Source of the DNA: Coleofasciculus sp. B1-GNL1-01
GTDB taxonomy: Bacteria > Cyanobacteriota > Cyanobacteriia > Cyanobacteriales > Coleofasciculaceae
Direction: 5' to 3' (one strand)
Assembly (NCBI GenBank): GCA_040220235.1
Contig: JAVJTO010000098.1
DNA: 29,543 bases
Position 1 is the first letter of the stretch; every line of letters starts with the position of its first letter. A model generated the notes under the pieces. It worked only from the letters and a program-made list of their open reading frames with translations, had not been told where the DNA came from and made no database searches. Positions 9,776 to 18,619 of the stretch are shown here, piece after piece. The position numbers and the translations under genes were made by a program.

Positions 9776-9913
9776 CTACACGGCTAAACGATAACGTCCT
9801 TTACTGCGGCGGGCTTTAATCACAGCTCGACCGTTTTTGGTTCGCATGCGGGCGCGAAATCCTGATTTGCGTTTTTGCTTGCGGTTACTACCGCCTAATG
9901 TACGTTTTGTCAT
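9776..9913 (-). CDS. rpmH: 50S ribosomal protein L34 (absent from the ORF track)
   Basis: Manual translation [45 protein letters not shown]; upstream of rnpA. Confidence 0.97.
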   Translation of the reverse strand: MTKRTLGGSNRKQKRKSGFRARMRTKNGRAVIKARRSKGRYRLAV

Positions 9914-10035
9914 GGTTTATTGTTTATCGCGCTACATCTTTTAAGTTTGGAAAACAGGGAGAAAGCGAAAGTCGTTATACTACTTTACCCTGTTTACCAA
10001 AGAATCACGATCTACTATCGTAACATTCCAACCGC

Positions 10036-10569
10036 CTAACTAATCGTCAGAATCCAGGTTCCCATATAACGGGGTAGGGGAACATCACCGGGAGTCCACA
10101 CTAGGCATTCAAAATAAAAAGTACCGCCAAACCGGGGATTTTTCACATTAGACAACACAATCTCCACCTTCTCCTGGGCTGGAACTGGCTCCTGCATGTA
10201 AATCTGTAGCTGGTAATTCTCTTTATCCCAATCTACCTCAGCAATGGGTAGTGATTCGCCGTCAACTCTTACCTCAATCCGATCTGTGTCAAATTTTCCG
10301 GTGTAATAATCTGGATAACGAACGACAAACTGCTGCACCGCCAATTCCATCTTCTTGCTGGGAATCCTCAGGTAGTATCGATCCCATTGATTGGCTCGAC
10401 CTCCAAACCCCAAATAATACCTGAGAATATTTTCCCGTTGCACACCGCTAAATATAGTGAGTCCGGGATTACTCTGAGCGAATGTCCGAACGGCTACACC
10501 AGTGAATAAACAGCCTGTTAAGGCAACGGCTGAAACGAAGCGTCCTAGAGGAGATTTGCGGATAAACAT
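10036..10569 (-). CDS. DUF2808 family secreted protein
   Basis: Signal peptide ending TFA-Q, GLTIFSG, DRYYLRIP, YPDYYTGKFD, VKNPRFGGTFYF, YMGTWILTI. Confidence 0.8.
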   Translation of the reverse strand: MFIRKSPLGRFVSAVALTGCLFTGVAVRTFAQSNPGLTIFSGVQRENILRYYLGFGGRANQWDRYYLRIPSKKMELAVQQFVVRYPDYYTGKFDTDRIEVRVDGESLPIAEVDWDKENYQLQIYMQEPVPAQEKVEIVLSNVKNPRFGGTFYFECLVWTPGDVPLPRYMGTWILTIS

Positions 10570-10698
10570 AAATGGGGAACCTTTCGCTGTAAAAAAAACT
10601 AAGATTTTTACTAAACTTTACAGTCTTTGACTGTAACAGATTTTAGTCCTACCGTAGTCGGGCGATGGTACAGACGCTCAAGAGGTAGGGAAAGTGCC

Positions 10699-10790
10699 TG
10701 GGAGCTGGGGGAGTTGGGAAAGCTGAGGGAGCTGGGGGAGCTGAGGGAGCTGGGGGAGCTGGGGATGCTGGGGGAGCTGGGGGAGCTGGA
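10699..10790. repeat. Nonamer STRR (GGGAGCTGG/GAGCTGAGG) array
   Basis: About 10 degenerate 9-bp units. Confidence 0.85.
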
Positions 10791-10883
10791 CTTAGACAGA
10801 AGGGAGTGTGACCTGCTTGACTCTCTGCTTTGACTCAGCTAAAGTGTCTGGCAGTTTCTAGTCACCCTTGAGTTCGCCATATC

Positions 10884-10899
10884 TGTAGTTAAATATACA
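10884..10899. promoter_or_regulatory. Candidate NtcA box TGTA-N8-TACA
   Basis: TGTAGTTAAATATACA in the DUF2808/pntA divergent intergenic region; CATACT lies 22 nt after the TAC on the + strand. Confidence 0.4.
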
Positions 10900-11431
10900 C
10901 AAATTTTGAAAAAAGCTGCTCATACTTCTGATTATTCCGCTTTACTACACCTAGATGAATGTTGATTAATTCGACAATCTGACTCGTTATCGATCACCAT
11001 TTTTTGGGTCACGCTCGTATTGAATAGTTTAGGCTGATGAAGACAAGAAGATGGGTTTACGGTTTTTTATCAAAAACGTCTCCTTATGTTATAGGCATTA
11101 TAGGCACGATAGCTAAATTAATTGATCAAGTCGGTAATAGTTGTTCATCACCATCCTAGGTATAGATGGCAGCCGTCAAAAGAGGTTGACTTTCAGGAAA
11201 ATTCCATTGGCTAGTTCGGATGAAACCTTGATCAAACGTAGTACAGATAAAACAACTCCACTGAATCGTTCTCAAGACAGACAAATTTTCTCAGCCAAAG
11301 ATAGCCTGGATCGCGTTAATGCAAAAGCAAGGCACAAGGGCTATCATGTCATAAAAATACGACCTTCGTCCGTAGGGCATTAGCCTAACGACCAAGGCAT
11401 AGTTTTTTCGGTTAGTCTATAAGGGGTTTTC

Positions 11432-12577
11432 ATGAAAATAGCACTGGTTAAAGAAATTGAAGTGGGCGAAAATCGAGTCGCCCTGATTCCGGATACGGTT
11501 GCCCGTTTAGTCAAACAGGGCTTAGAGATTTGGGTGGAAAACGGTGCGGGAGAGGCATCGTTTTTTAGCGATCGCGCTTATGAGGAGGCGGGAGCTACCC
11601 TAGTCTCAGATACAGGTAAACTCTGGGCTGAAGCTGATGTCATCGTCAAAGTGGGCATCCCCAAAGATGATGAAATCAACCAGATGCGGGAAGGCTCAAC
11701 ATTAATTAGCTTCCTCAGTCCCCTTGGTAAGCCAGAGGTTGCCCAGAAATTGGCAAATCGTCAGGTGACTGCCTTCAGTATGGAGTTGATTCCCCGTACC
11801 AGTCGCGCCCAGAGTATGGATGCGCTATCTTCCCAAGCTGGGGTAGCCGGGTACAAAGCGGTACTGATTGCCGCCGCCGCGTTACCGAAATTCTTTCCCA
11901 TGTTAACTACAGCAGCGGGAACGATCAAACCCTCAAAAGTGTTTATCCTGGGTGCAGGCGTGGCTGGACTGCAAGCGATCGCGACAGCCCGACGTTTGGG
12001 TGCTATGGTAGAAGCCTTTGATATTCGTCCAGCGGTTAAGGAGGAAGTACAAAGTCTGGGAGCCAAGTTTGTTGAGGTCGATCTCCAAGAAGATACCGTA
12101 GCTGAAGGCGGGTATGCCAAGGAAGTCTCTGACACCGCTAAACAGCGCACTCAAGAGGTGATCGCTGAACGGGTTAAGCAAGCGGATGTAGTGATTACCA
12201 CCGCCCAAGTTCCGGGCAAAAAAGCTCCCTTACTGGTGACGGAGGAGATGGTCGAGCAAATGAGTCCGGGTTCAGTCATCGTGGATCTCGCCGCCGAACA
12301 AGGGGGAAACTGTGCCGTTACCGAAGCGGGGAAAGATATTGTCCGTCATGGCGTCACCGTTATCGGTCCAATCAATGTCCCCGCTTCTATGCCCACCCAC
12401 GCCAGCCAGATGTACGCCAAGAATATCTCAACGTTATTACAGTACCTGGTTAAAGAAGGACAGTTACAACTCAATTTTGAGGATGATATTGTAGACAACA
12501 CCTGTATTACCCATGGGGGTGAAATTCGCAATCAGCGGGTGAAAGAGGCTCTGGCTCAAATGAGCACAACTGTCTAA
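11432..12577 (+). CDS. pntA: NAD(P) transhydrogenase alpha subunit, soluble NAD-binding part (dI)
   Basis: ENRVALIP, RAQSMDALSSQ, GAGVAGLQAIATARRLGA, GGYAKE, VDLAAEQGGNC. Confidence 0.97.
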   Translation: MKIALVKEIEVGENRVALIPDTVARLVKQGLEIWVENGAGEASFFSDRAYEEAGATLVSDTGKLWAEADVIVKVGIPKDDEINQMREGSTLISFLSPLGKPEVAQKLANRQVTAFSMELIPRTSRAQSMDALSSQAGVAGYKAVLIAAAALPKFFPMLTTAAGTIKPSKVFILGAGVAGLQAIATARRLGAMVEAFDIRPAVKEEVQSLGAKFVEVDLQEDTVAEGGYAKEVSDTAKQRTQEVIAERVKQADVVITTAQVPGKKAPLLVTEEMVEQMSPGSVIVDLAAEQGGNCAVTEAGKDIVRHGVTVIGPINVPASMPTHASQMYAKNISTLLQYLVKEGQLQLNFEDDIVDNTCITHGGEIRNQRVKEALAQMSTTV

Positions 12578-12676
12578 ATGTAGATATAGGTTAGGTTCAG
12601 GTTGATCATTTGGTTTTTCCCCATAAATCATGAACCATGAACAATGAACCATGAACCCTAAAAAAGGAGCAACAAG

Positions 12677-12955
12677 ATGACTACCACATTCATTGCCAGC
12701 TTATTTGTCTTTGTCTTAGCCGCCTTTGTTGGTTTTGAAGTGATCAACAAAGTGCCACCCACCCTACATACTCCCTTGATGTCTGGGGCAAATGCCATTT
12801 CCGGGATTGCCGTCATCGGCGCATTGCTCATCTCCGGATCGAAGGAATGGAATGTCACCGTCATTTTGGGATTAGTGGCTGTCGTGCTAGCCACGGTTAA
12901 CGTGGTGGGCGGTTTCCTGGTTACGGATCGCATGTTGCAAATGTTTAAGAAATAA
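12677..12955 (+). CDS. pntA: NAD(P) transhydrogenase alpha subunit, membrane part (split alpha-2)
   Basis: VPPTLHTPLMSGANAISG, NVVGGFLVTDRMLQMFKK; AAGGAG RBS. Confidence 0.95.
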   Translation: MTTTFIASLFVFVLAAFVGFEVINKVPPTLHTPLMSGANAISGIAVIGALLISGSKEWNVTVILGLVAVVLATVNVVGGFLVTDRMLQMFKK

Positions 12956-12968
12956 GAGAGGTGAGCGC

Positions 12969-14375
12969 ATGACCGACTTTCTACCAACTGGGATTGAACT
13001 GACGTATTTAGTCGCAACCGGATTATTTATCTTTGGGCTGAAAAAGCTGGGATCACCAGCGACAGCACGCCAAGGAAATGTGTGGGCTTCAGTCGGGATG
13101 CTGCTAGCTGTGGTGGCAACTCTGCTGAACCAACAGGTCTTAAATTATCAAATGATTTTGGTGGGGATCGCCATTGGTGCTGTCATTGGTGTGACGGCAG
13201 CCTATAAAGTGGCGATGACTGCCATGCCTCAGATGGTAGGCTTGCTGAATGGGTTGGGTGGTGCCGCCTCAGCGTTAGTCGCGATCGGGGAATTTTGGCG
13301 CTTGCTGAACGCGGGTCAAGGTGTACCCTTAGGGTCTACGATTACCGTGATTCTGGGCGTACTAATTGGTGGGGTTACGCTCACCGGGAGCTTTGTGGCA
13401 TTTGGCAAGTTACAGGGGTTGATTACGGGTAAACCCGTAAAGTTTCCCTTGCAGCAAGTATTTAATGCCTTACTCCTGATTAGCTTTTTAGTCTGTAGTG
13501 GCTACCTCTTAGTCACACCGGACAATACGACCATCTTTCTGTCGATGGTGGGTATCTCCTCAGTGTTAGGGATTTTCTTTGTCCTCCCCATTGGCGGCGG
13601 CGATATGCCTGTGGTGATCTCACTGCTGAACTCGTTTTCCGGGTTAGCGGCAAGCGCGGCGGGTTTTGTCGTGATGAACGATATGCTGATTGTGGCTGGG
13701 GCGTTAGTTGGCGCTTCCGGTTTAATCCTGACCAATATTATGTGTAAGGCAATGAACCGTTCCTTACCCAACGTGCTATTTAGTGCCTTTGGTAGCGGTG
13801 AAGTCAAAGGCGGTGCAGGTGGTGCCGGTGGTGTCGGTGACAAAGTTGTCCATAGTATTGATGCTGAAGAAGGAGCAATGATGTTGGGCTATGCCCGTTC
13901 TGTGGTCGTTGTTCCAGGGTATGGTATGGCAGTGGCTCAGGCACAACATACAGTGCGTGAATTAGCCGATCAGCTTGAAAAACTGGGCGTTGAGGTCAAA
14001 TATGCCATTCACCCGGTTGCGGGTCGGATGCCGGGACACATGAACGTACTCTTAGCCGAAGCGAATGTCTCTTATGACTATCTCTACGACATGGATGACA
14101 TCAATCCTCAGTTTGATAATACGGATGTTGCCCTTGTCATTGGTGCCAATGATGTGGTAAATCCAGCCGCTCGTACCAATAGCGGTAGTCCGATCTATGG
14201 GATGCCGATTCTTGATGTGGATAAGGCAAAGCACGCGATCGTGATTAAGCGAAGTATGAGTACGGGCTTTGCTGGGATTGAAAATGAGCTGTTCTACGGC
14301 GATAAGACGATGATGTTGTTTGGTAGCGCTAAGGATGTTGTGGCGCAGCTTGTGGCTGAGGTGAAGCAGCTTTAA
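12969..14375 (+). CDS. pntB: NAD(P) transhydrogenase beta subunit
   Basis: MTAMPQMV, IGGGDMPVVISLLNSFSG, PGYGMAVAQAQH, HPVAGRMPGHMNVLLAEA, GANDVVNPAA. Confidence 0.98.
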   Translation: MTDFLPTGIELTYLVATGLFIFGLKKLGSPATARQGNVWASVGMLLAVVATLLNQQVLNYQMILVGIAIGAVIGVTAAYKVAMTAMPQMVGLLNGLGGAASALVAIGEFWRLLNAGQGVPLGSTITVILGVLIGGVTLTGSFVAFGKLQGLITGKPVKFPLQQVFNALLLISFLVCSGYLLVTPDNTTIFLSMVGISSVLGIFFVLPIGGGDMPVVISLLNSFSGLAASAAGFVVMNDMLIVAGALVGASGLILTNIMCKAMNRSLPNVLFSAFGSGEVKGGAGGAGGVGDKVVHSIDAEEGAMMLGYARSVVVVPGYGMAVAQAQHTVRELADQLEKLGVEVKYAIHPVAGRMPGHMNVLLAEANVSYDYLYDMDDINPQFDNTDVALVIGANDVVNPAARTNSGSPIYGMPILDVDKAKHAIVIKRSMSTGFAGIENELFYGDKTMMLFGSAKDVVAQLVAEVKQL

Positions 14376-14410
14376 CCGACAATTATCGTTTTTTACCACC
14401 CGAATCTGAC

Positions 14411-14499
14411 TAAACCCGCCCCCACAATTGAATCAGGGCGGGTTTTGTTGCTCAGTTATCAATGACTAGCGGAATTGAGTCCCTAAACCCGCCCCTACA
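14411..14499. repeat. REP-doublet cluster between convergent pntB and the kinase; likely doubles as a terminator
   Basis: AAACCCGCCC...GGGCGGGTTTT hairpin (14412-14446), then N39 and AAACCCGCCCCTAC. Confidence 0.8.
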
Positions 14500-14508
14500 A
14501 TTGATTCC

Positions 14509-16047
14509 CTATCCAGAAATATCGGTTGGGTAATCTGTGTGAACGGCTTCTAGCTTCATCACAATTTTCGGCTTAAGTTTCTCCAGCTCTTGCTTGAGAA
14601 TTCGTTTACTTAGCTGAGGTTGAGTGCTGGGCATAGCTGCATGGCTGGCATTTGCCCAATCCAGGAGTAGTTTTCGCTGAGTTGAGGCAATGGTGGCGGT
14701 CATCACGTTGGCGCAGCGTTGGGGTTCAGTCAGGGCAAAGAATAAAATCCGGTAGTTTCCTGATTCTCCTAAAATGCGGATCACTTTTTGACCCATGGCT
14801 GTTTTCAGATCCAAATAACAGGTTAGCCAACGAGCGCCATGTTGCCGATTGTGTAGGGCTGTAATCCATAACACCATGGGATGGGGAGACATCAGAAATA
14901 GGAATTGGTTATAGCGGGTGCTAATTCGGCGGTTTTCAATATCGTCCTTGGTTAGCATCACCCAAAGGGTGGCTAATAGTTCCTGACTGGTACGAATAAT
15001 ATGGGGAAAGACAATCGAGGCTTGGGGTTTGTTTTTGGGCCAAGACGTTTGTAAGCAGAGATCTTCAATAGAACGAGCGGGAGGCTTCTGGGGGGGGTCT
15101 TCGGCGCGGGGTATTTTCGAGAGTACAGCACCAATCCGCTGACCGAGTTGTCGTCCTTGACCAAAACGCTGTTCTAAGGGTTCTAACGTTTGGATGACTT
15201 CCTCAATGGTTTGCGGGCGATCGCTGGCTTCTTTTGCCAGACAACTCATCACCAGTGTTTCCAGGGCTTTGGGCAATTTCAAATCGGGTTTTGCGGATTC
15301 AAAGCGGCGCGGTGGGCTGAAGTGATGAGCTTTGTACCACCCACCAAAGGAATTCGATTCGCCTACAATCGGCATTTCCCCGGTGAGCATCTCAAACATC
15401 ATCACGCCTAGACTGTAAATGTCAGAGCGGTTATCGAGTTCTCGTCCCTCCATTTGTTCGGGGGAACAATAGGCTAATGTCCCCATAAACGAGTGGGTTT
15501 GCTCACTATTCGACTGGATCAGCTTGGCAATGCCAAAGTCCAGAATTTTCACCAGTTCTCCGAAGGAGGCGTCTTCAACCACCAAAATATTGCTGGGTTT
15601 AATATCGCGGTGAATAATTGGGCTAAGTTCACCTTCGATCACGATTCCCTTATGAGCGCATTGCAGTCCTAAACTAATCTGGCGGCTAATATTGAGAAAG
15701 CGAGGTAAGGGGAGGGGTTGTTCGCGAATGATTTCACTTAAGCCACTGCCTTCCAGGAACTCCATGACGTAAAACGAGATGTCATTTTCATCCACGCCAT
15801 AGTCCCGGACGCGCACGATATGATTACTTTTTTCCCCCAGTAGCGCACAGATTGTTGCTTCTCGCTCAAAGCGATCGCGCATTTTTTGGTTGAGCAAGGT
15901 TTGGGATATGAATTTGACAGCGACAATAACGCCGCCAAGTAACATATCTTTAGCTTTATAAACTTGACCCATAGCGCCCTGACCGATCAACCCAACGAGT
16001 TGATAGCGGTTGGCGAGTATGCGACCATGATTAGGGTCTTTTGTCAT
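14509..16047 (-). CDS. spkA: Hanks-type Ser/Thr protein kinase, SpkA-like
   Basis: GQGAMGQVY, VAVK, HRDIKPSN, DFGIAK, GTLAYCSPEQ, SDIYSLG. The stretch LANRYQLV...DMLLGGV.VAVKF...RFEREATI.ALLGEKS.HIVRVRDYG matches my recollection of Synechocystis SpkA. Start refined to ATG 16047. Confidence 0.85.
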   Translation of the reverse strand: MTKDPNHGRILANRYQLVGLIGQGAMGQVYKAKDMLLGGVIVAVKFISQTLLNQKMRDRFEREATICALLGEKSNHIVRVRDYGVDENDISFYVMEFLEGSGLSEIIREQPLPLPRFLNISRQISLGLQCAHKGIVIEGELSPIIHRDIKPSNILVVEDASFGELVKILDFGIAKLIQSNSEQTHSFMGTLAYCSPEQMEGRELDNRSDIYSLGVMMFEMLTGEMPIVGESNSFGGWYKAHHFSPPRRFESAKPDLKLPKALETLVMSCLAKEASDRPQTIEEVIQTLEPLEQRFGQGRQLGQRIGAVLSKIPRAEDPPQKPPARSIEDLCLQTSWPKNKPQASIVFPHIIRTSQELLATLWVMLTKDDIENRRISTRYNQFLFLMSPHPMVLWITALHNRQHGARWLTCYLDLKTAMGQKVIRILGESGNYRILFFALTEPQRCANVMTATIASTQRKLLLDWANASHAAMPSTQPQLSKRILKQELEKLKPKIVMKLEAVHTDYPTDISG

Positions 16048-16406
16048 GATTGGTTTAGTGAGAGCTTGGAGCAGTTGTGAACGATACCTATTTACCAGTT
16101 TGACCCAAGCGCAATTCGGCAAGTAGCATTCTCAAGAACTAGACCCAATAACTCACTCGGTTACTCGTTCCATTGTGCCATTGTGACCAGCTAGAGTTCA
16201 TCACTTTATTGAGCGCTCAACTGGAGCTACACTTGTGGTAAACCGAAATCTATTAACTTAATAAGTTTCATAAGTCAAGGATTACATAAAATTTATCAGT
16301 CCATCCCAGACTATATCTTGCTACGCTAACACACCAAAAGCAGGTAAAACGTCACAGATTTTTAGGACGGTCAAATCCCAGTGAGTGATTTCATCAAAAT
16401 ACCTCC

Positions 16407-16511
16407 GATGTAGGAAACTCCGTGTCTTTCAACCGGAGAGGAATACAAGAAGAACGGTTGCTAACCAAACTGGAGGCTCGAAGCCTGATTACTTCAGTGC
16501 GGGGTGCTGAC
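16407..16511 (-). mobile_element. Miniature non-autonomous IS200/IS605-type (IscB-like) remnant, two ends only
   Basis: Minus strand: GTCAGCACCCCGCACTGAAGTAATCAGGCTTCGAGCCTCCAGTT ... ATTCCTCTCCGGTTGAAAGACACGGAGTTTCC; two subterminal hairpins and no ORF. Confidence 0.6.
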
Positions 16512-16553
16512 CGTTGATACTTCACACCTTATACTTCTGATTATAAGCTTGTG

Positions 16554-17000
16554 CTATCCAGGCTGTCGTTCTAGCGTTGCTTCCATGGTGCTGGTCAGAT
16601 AATGACCCGCCATGATGCTACTGGAGAGGTAGTAGGTATTATCATCCAGTTGGTGTCGGGTTTCAAAACCACTACGTCTTTGGCGATCGCTTAAAACCCA
16701 ATAGCGTTGCACAATTGATTCTGGAGTGATCCAACCTTCGCCCTCAACACGACCCAAAACACTATGCTGCAAGACGAAGGTATACTGCCGTTCTCCGGCA
16801 TCAAGACGCCCCCGATATTGGAAAGAAATATCCTCGCGCTCATCGTCGGGAAACACCAGCTTTGTCACCATCGTAAACCAGTTTTCTCGACCCCAGGCAA
16901 CAATTGTTTTCCCTCTCACGCTGAGAAGCGATCCATTGCGCTCCAGCCAATTTCCCTGAAGTGTCCAGCGTCCTGCCTCCATTAAAAAGGTGTGAGCCAC
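16554..17000 (-). CDS. Hypothetical beta-rich protein, probably conserved in cyanobacteria
   Basis: Clean ORF. Probable GTG start at 17000 (MAHTFLMEAGRWTLQGNWLER) with AAAGGG upstream. Confidence 0.75.
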   Translation of the reverse strand: MAHTFLMEAGRWTLQGNWLERNGSLLSVRGKTIVAWGRENWFTMVTKLVFPDDEREDISFQYRGRLDAGERQYTFVLQHSVLGRVEGEGWITPESIVQRYWVLSDRQRRSGFETRHQLDDNTYYLSSSIMAGHYLTSTMEATLERQPG

Positions 17001-17180
17001 AGCGTTACCCTTTGTCTCTAATCGAATAGTGCTGGTTGAATTTGTCCTCAACTATGGCACAATGCCTGACCAAGCAGATTGCCAAAATGGTAGTCATTAG
17101 GATAAAAGAATAGGCAATTGTGTTTCAGTATTCAGTGTAGTCCCAAGTGGACAAGAAATGGTTGATTCTGAGTTAATTAT

Positions 17181-18356
17181 TTAGGATGGCGCGATATTAC
17201 CCAAAACTACCGCTTGTTTCGCGCCCGTAACGGGTGGGAGATTCCCGCAAATGCCCAAGTTTCGCCAATAGGCTAAAACGGCAAAGGCGATCGCTTCTTT
17301 GAAATCTCCACTCACCCCCGCCTGATCCGTTGTTTGTATCTGTACGGATTGTAACCGGGTTTGTAAGCGCTGTTTGAGATAGAGATTGCGGCTACCCCCA
17401 CCGCATACGAATATCTGGTCGGGCATTTTAGGTAAAAAGCGACGATAGCTGTCCTCTATAGACGCGACGGTGAGTTCTGTCAGGGTTGCCAATAGATCAG
17501 CCGGACTCAGACAATAGGCTTGACTCTCGGCAATACATTGGTGTAAGTAGTCCCAGCCGAATAATTCTCGCCCTGTGGATTTCGGGGGGGGTTGCTGGAA
17601 AAAGTCGTGGCTTAACCATTGGTTGAGCAGGGGTTGACAAACGGTTCCCTGTCGTGCCCAGTTTCCGTCTTGGTCGTATGTTTGACTCCCCTGGGTAAAA
17701 TGCTGTACAGCTAAATCTAACAGCGTATTTCCCGGTCCTGTATCCCAACCACTGACCAAATCTAACCAATTTCCTTGACAGGGAGGGAGGTAAGTAACAT
17801 TACCTATGCCGCCGATATTTTGGATACATCGGTGCTGAGTCGGGGAAGACAGCAAACAAGCATCAATTTTGGAGACTAAGGGCGCTCCTTGACCCCCAAC
17901 CGCAATATCAGCGACACGGAAATTACTGACCGTTTTAATCCCTGTGGCGTGAGCAATAACCTCTCCTCGTCCTAACTGAAGACTATAGCCTAAAGGGGTG
18001 TTTGTAGAGACGTGCCATGGCGCATCTAGGCGCAGGGGAGCAGGGGGACGATGGTAAACGGTTTGACCGTGGGAACCAATCAGCGTAGCGGTGGGTGGGT
18101 GGTGTTTTTGGATGGTTTGGGCGGCTTGAGCAAATTGTCGCGCGATCGCATCATCTAATGCAGCGAATTCTGCCATCGATATAGAACCACCCGCACAGAG
18201 ATTAAGGATTTGCGATCGCAGTTGCTCCGGGTAGGGGTACGTCGCTCCTGCCAATAACTCCACAGTTAAATCGGATTCGGAACCAGCAATCTCCACGAAA
18301 GCTGCATCAATTCCATCAACTGACGTACCACTGATTAATCCAACGACGCGAGTCAT
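17181..18356 (-). CDS. anmK: Anhydro-N-acetylmuramic acid kinase
   Basis: [74 protein letters not shown]. Confidence 0.97.
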   Translation of the reverse strand: MTRVVGLISGTSVDGIDAAFVEIAGSESDLTVELLAGATYPYPEQLRSQILNLCAGGSISMAEFAALDDAIARQFAQAAQTIQKHHPPTATLIGSHGQTVYHRPPAPLRLDAPWHVSTNTPLGYSLQLGRGEVIAHATGIKTVSNFRVADIAVGGQGAPLVSKIDACLLSSPTQHRCIQNIGGIGNVTYLPPCQGNWLDLVSGWDTGPGNTLLDLAVQHFTQGSQTYDQDGNWARQGTVCQPLLNQWLSHDFFQQPPPKSTGRELFGWDYLHQCIAESQAYCLSPADLLATLTELTVASIEDSYRRFLPKMPDQIFVCGGGSRNLYLKQRLQTRLQSVQIQTTDQAGVSGDFKEAIAFAVLAYWRNLGICGNLPPVTGAKQAVVLGNIAPS

Positions 18357-18365
18357 AGTTTTTGC

Positions 18366-18437
18366 TGGGGGAGATGGGGAAGCAGAGGGAGCTGGGGAAG
18401 CTGGGGAAGCTGGGGAAGCTGGGGAAGCTGGGGGAGT
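18366..18437. repeat. Nonamer STRR (GGGGAAGCT)n upstream of anmK
   Basis: Read directly. Confidence 0.85.
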
Positions 18438-18538
18438 TAACTCAAAACTCTAAGCTGTTCGGCATTTAAACCTTAATTGCACTTATGTTCACCTAGGTTA
18501 TGCCGTTATAGATTCTACCAAGATCTGGCATTTTCTCG

Positions 18539-18567
18539 AAAAAAAACCTCAGCCGCAAGGCTGAGGT
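18539..18567 (-). terminator. Rho-independent terminator for the sRNA and/or the CIS-like operon
   Basis: Perfect stem ACCTCAGCC/GGCTGAGGT, 4-nt loop, U-tract on the minus strand. Confidence 0.85.
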
Positions 18568-18589
18568 CTATAACCAGGGTGCATCTACC
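18539..18589 (-). ncRNA. Putative NsiR1-like small RNA (about 51 nt) ending in an intrinsic terminator
   Basis: Minus strand GGTAGATGCACCCTGGTTATAG-ACCTCAGCC-TTGC-GGCTGAGGT-TTTTTTT. The 5' GGTAGATGCACCCTG matches the NsiR1 5' motif as I recall it. TCCTGA-N18-GTA lies at -36 to -10. Confidence 0.65.
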
Positions 18590-18619
18590 GTTTTTTCCTA
18601 CAACATAGACTTGATCCGA

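Noticed and set aside
9914..10035. Expected dnaA/oriC next to rpmH
   Set aside because: No dnaA or DnaA-box cluster seen; separation of rpmH from dnaA is ordinary in cyanobacteria
10627..10833. 68-aa ORF (ELGELGELR)
   Set aside because: Translation of a nonamer STRR
11141..11383. 80-aa ORF upstream of pntA
   Set aside because: TTG start, no RBS, no recognisable motif; more likely leader sequence
11432..12955. Frameshifted or broken pntA
   Set aside because: A split alpha subunit is a normal transhydrogenase architecture; both parts are intact, and the second has its own RBS
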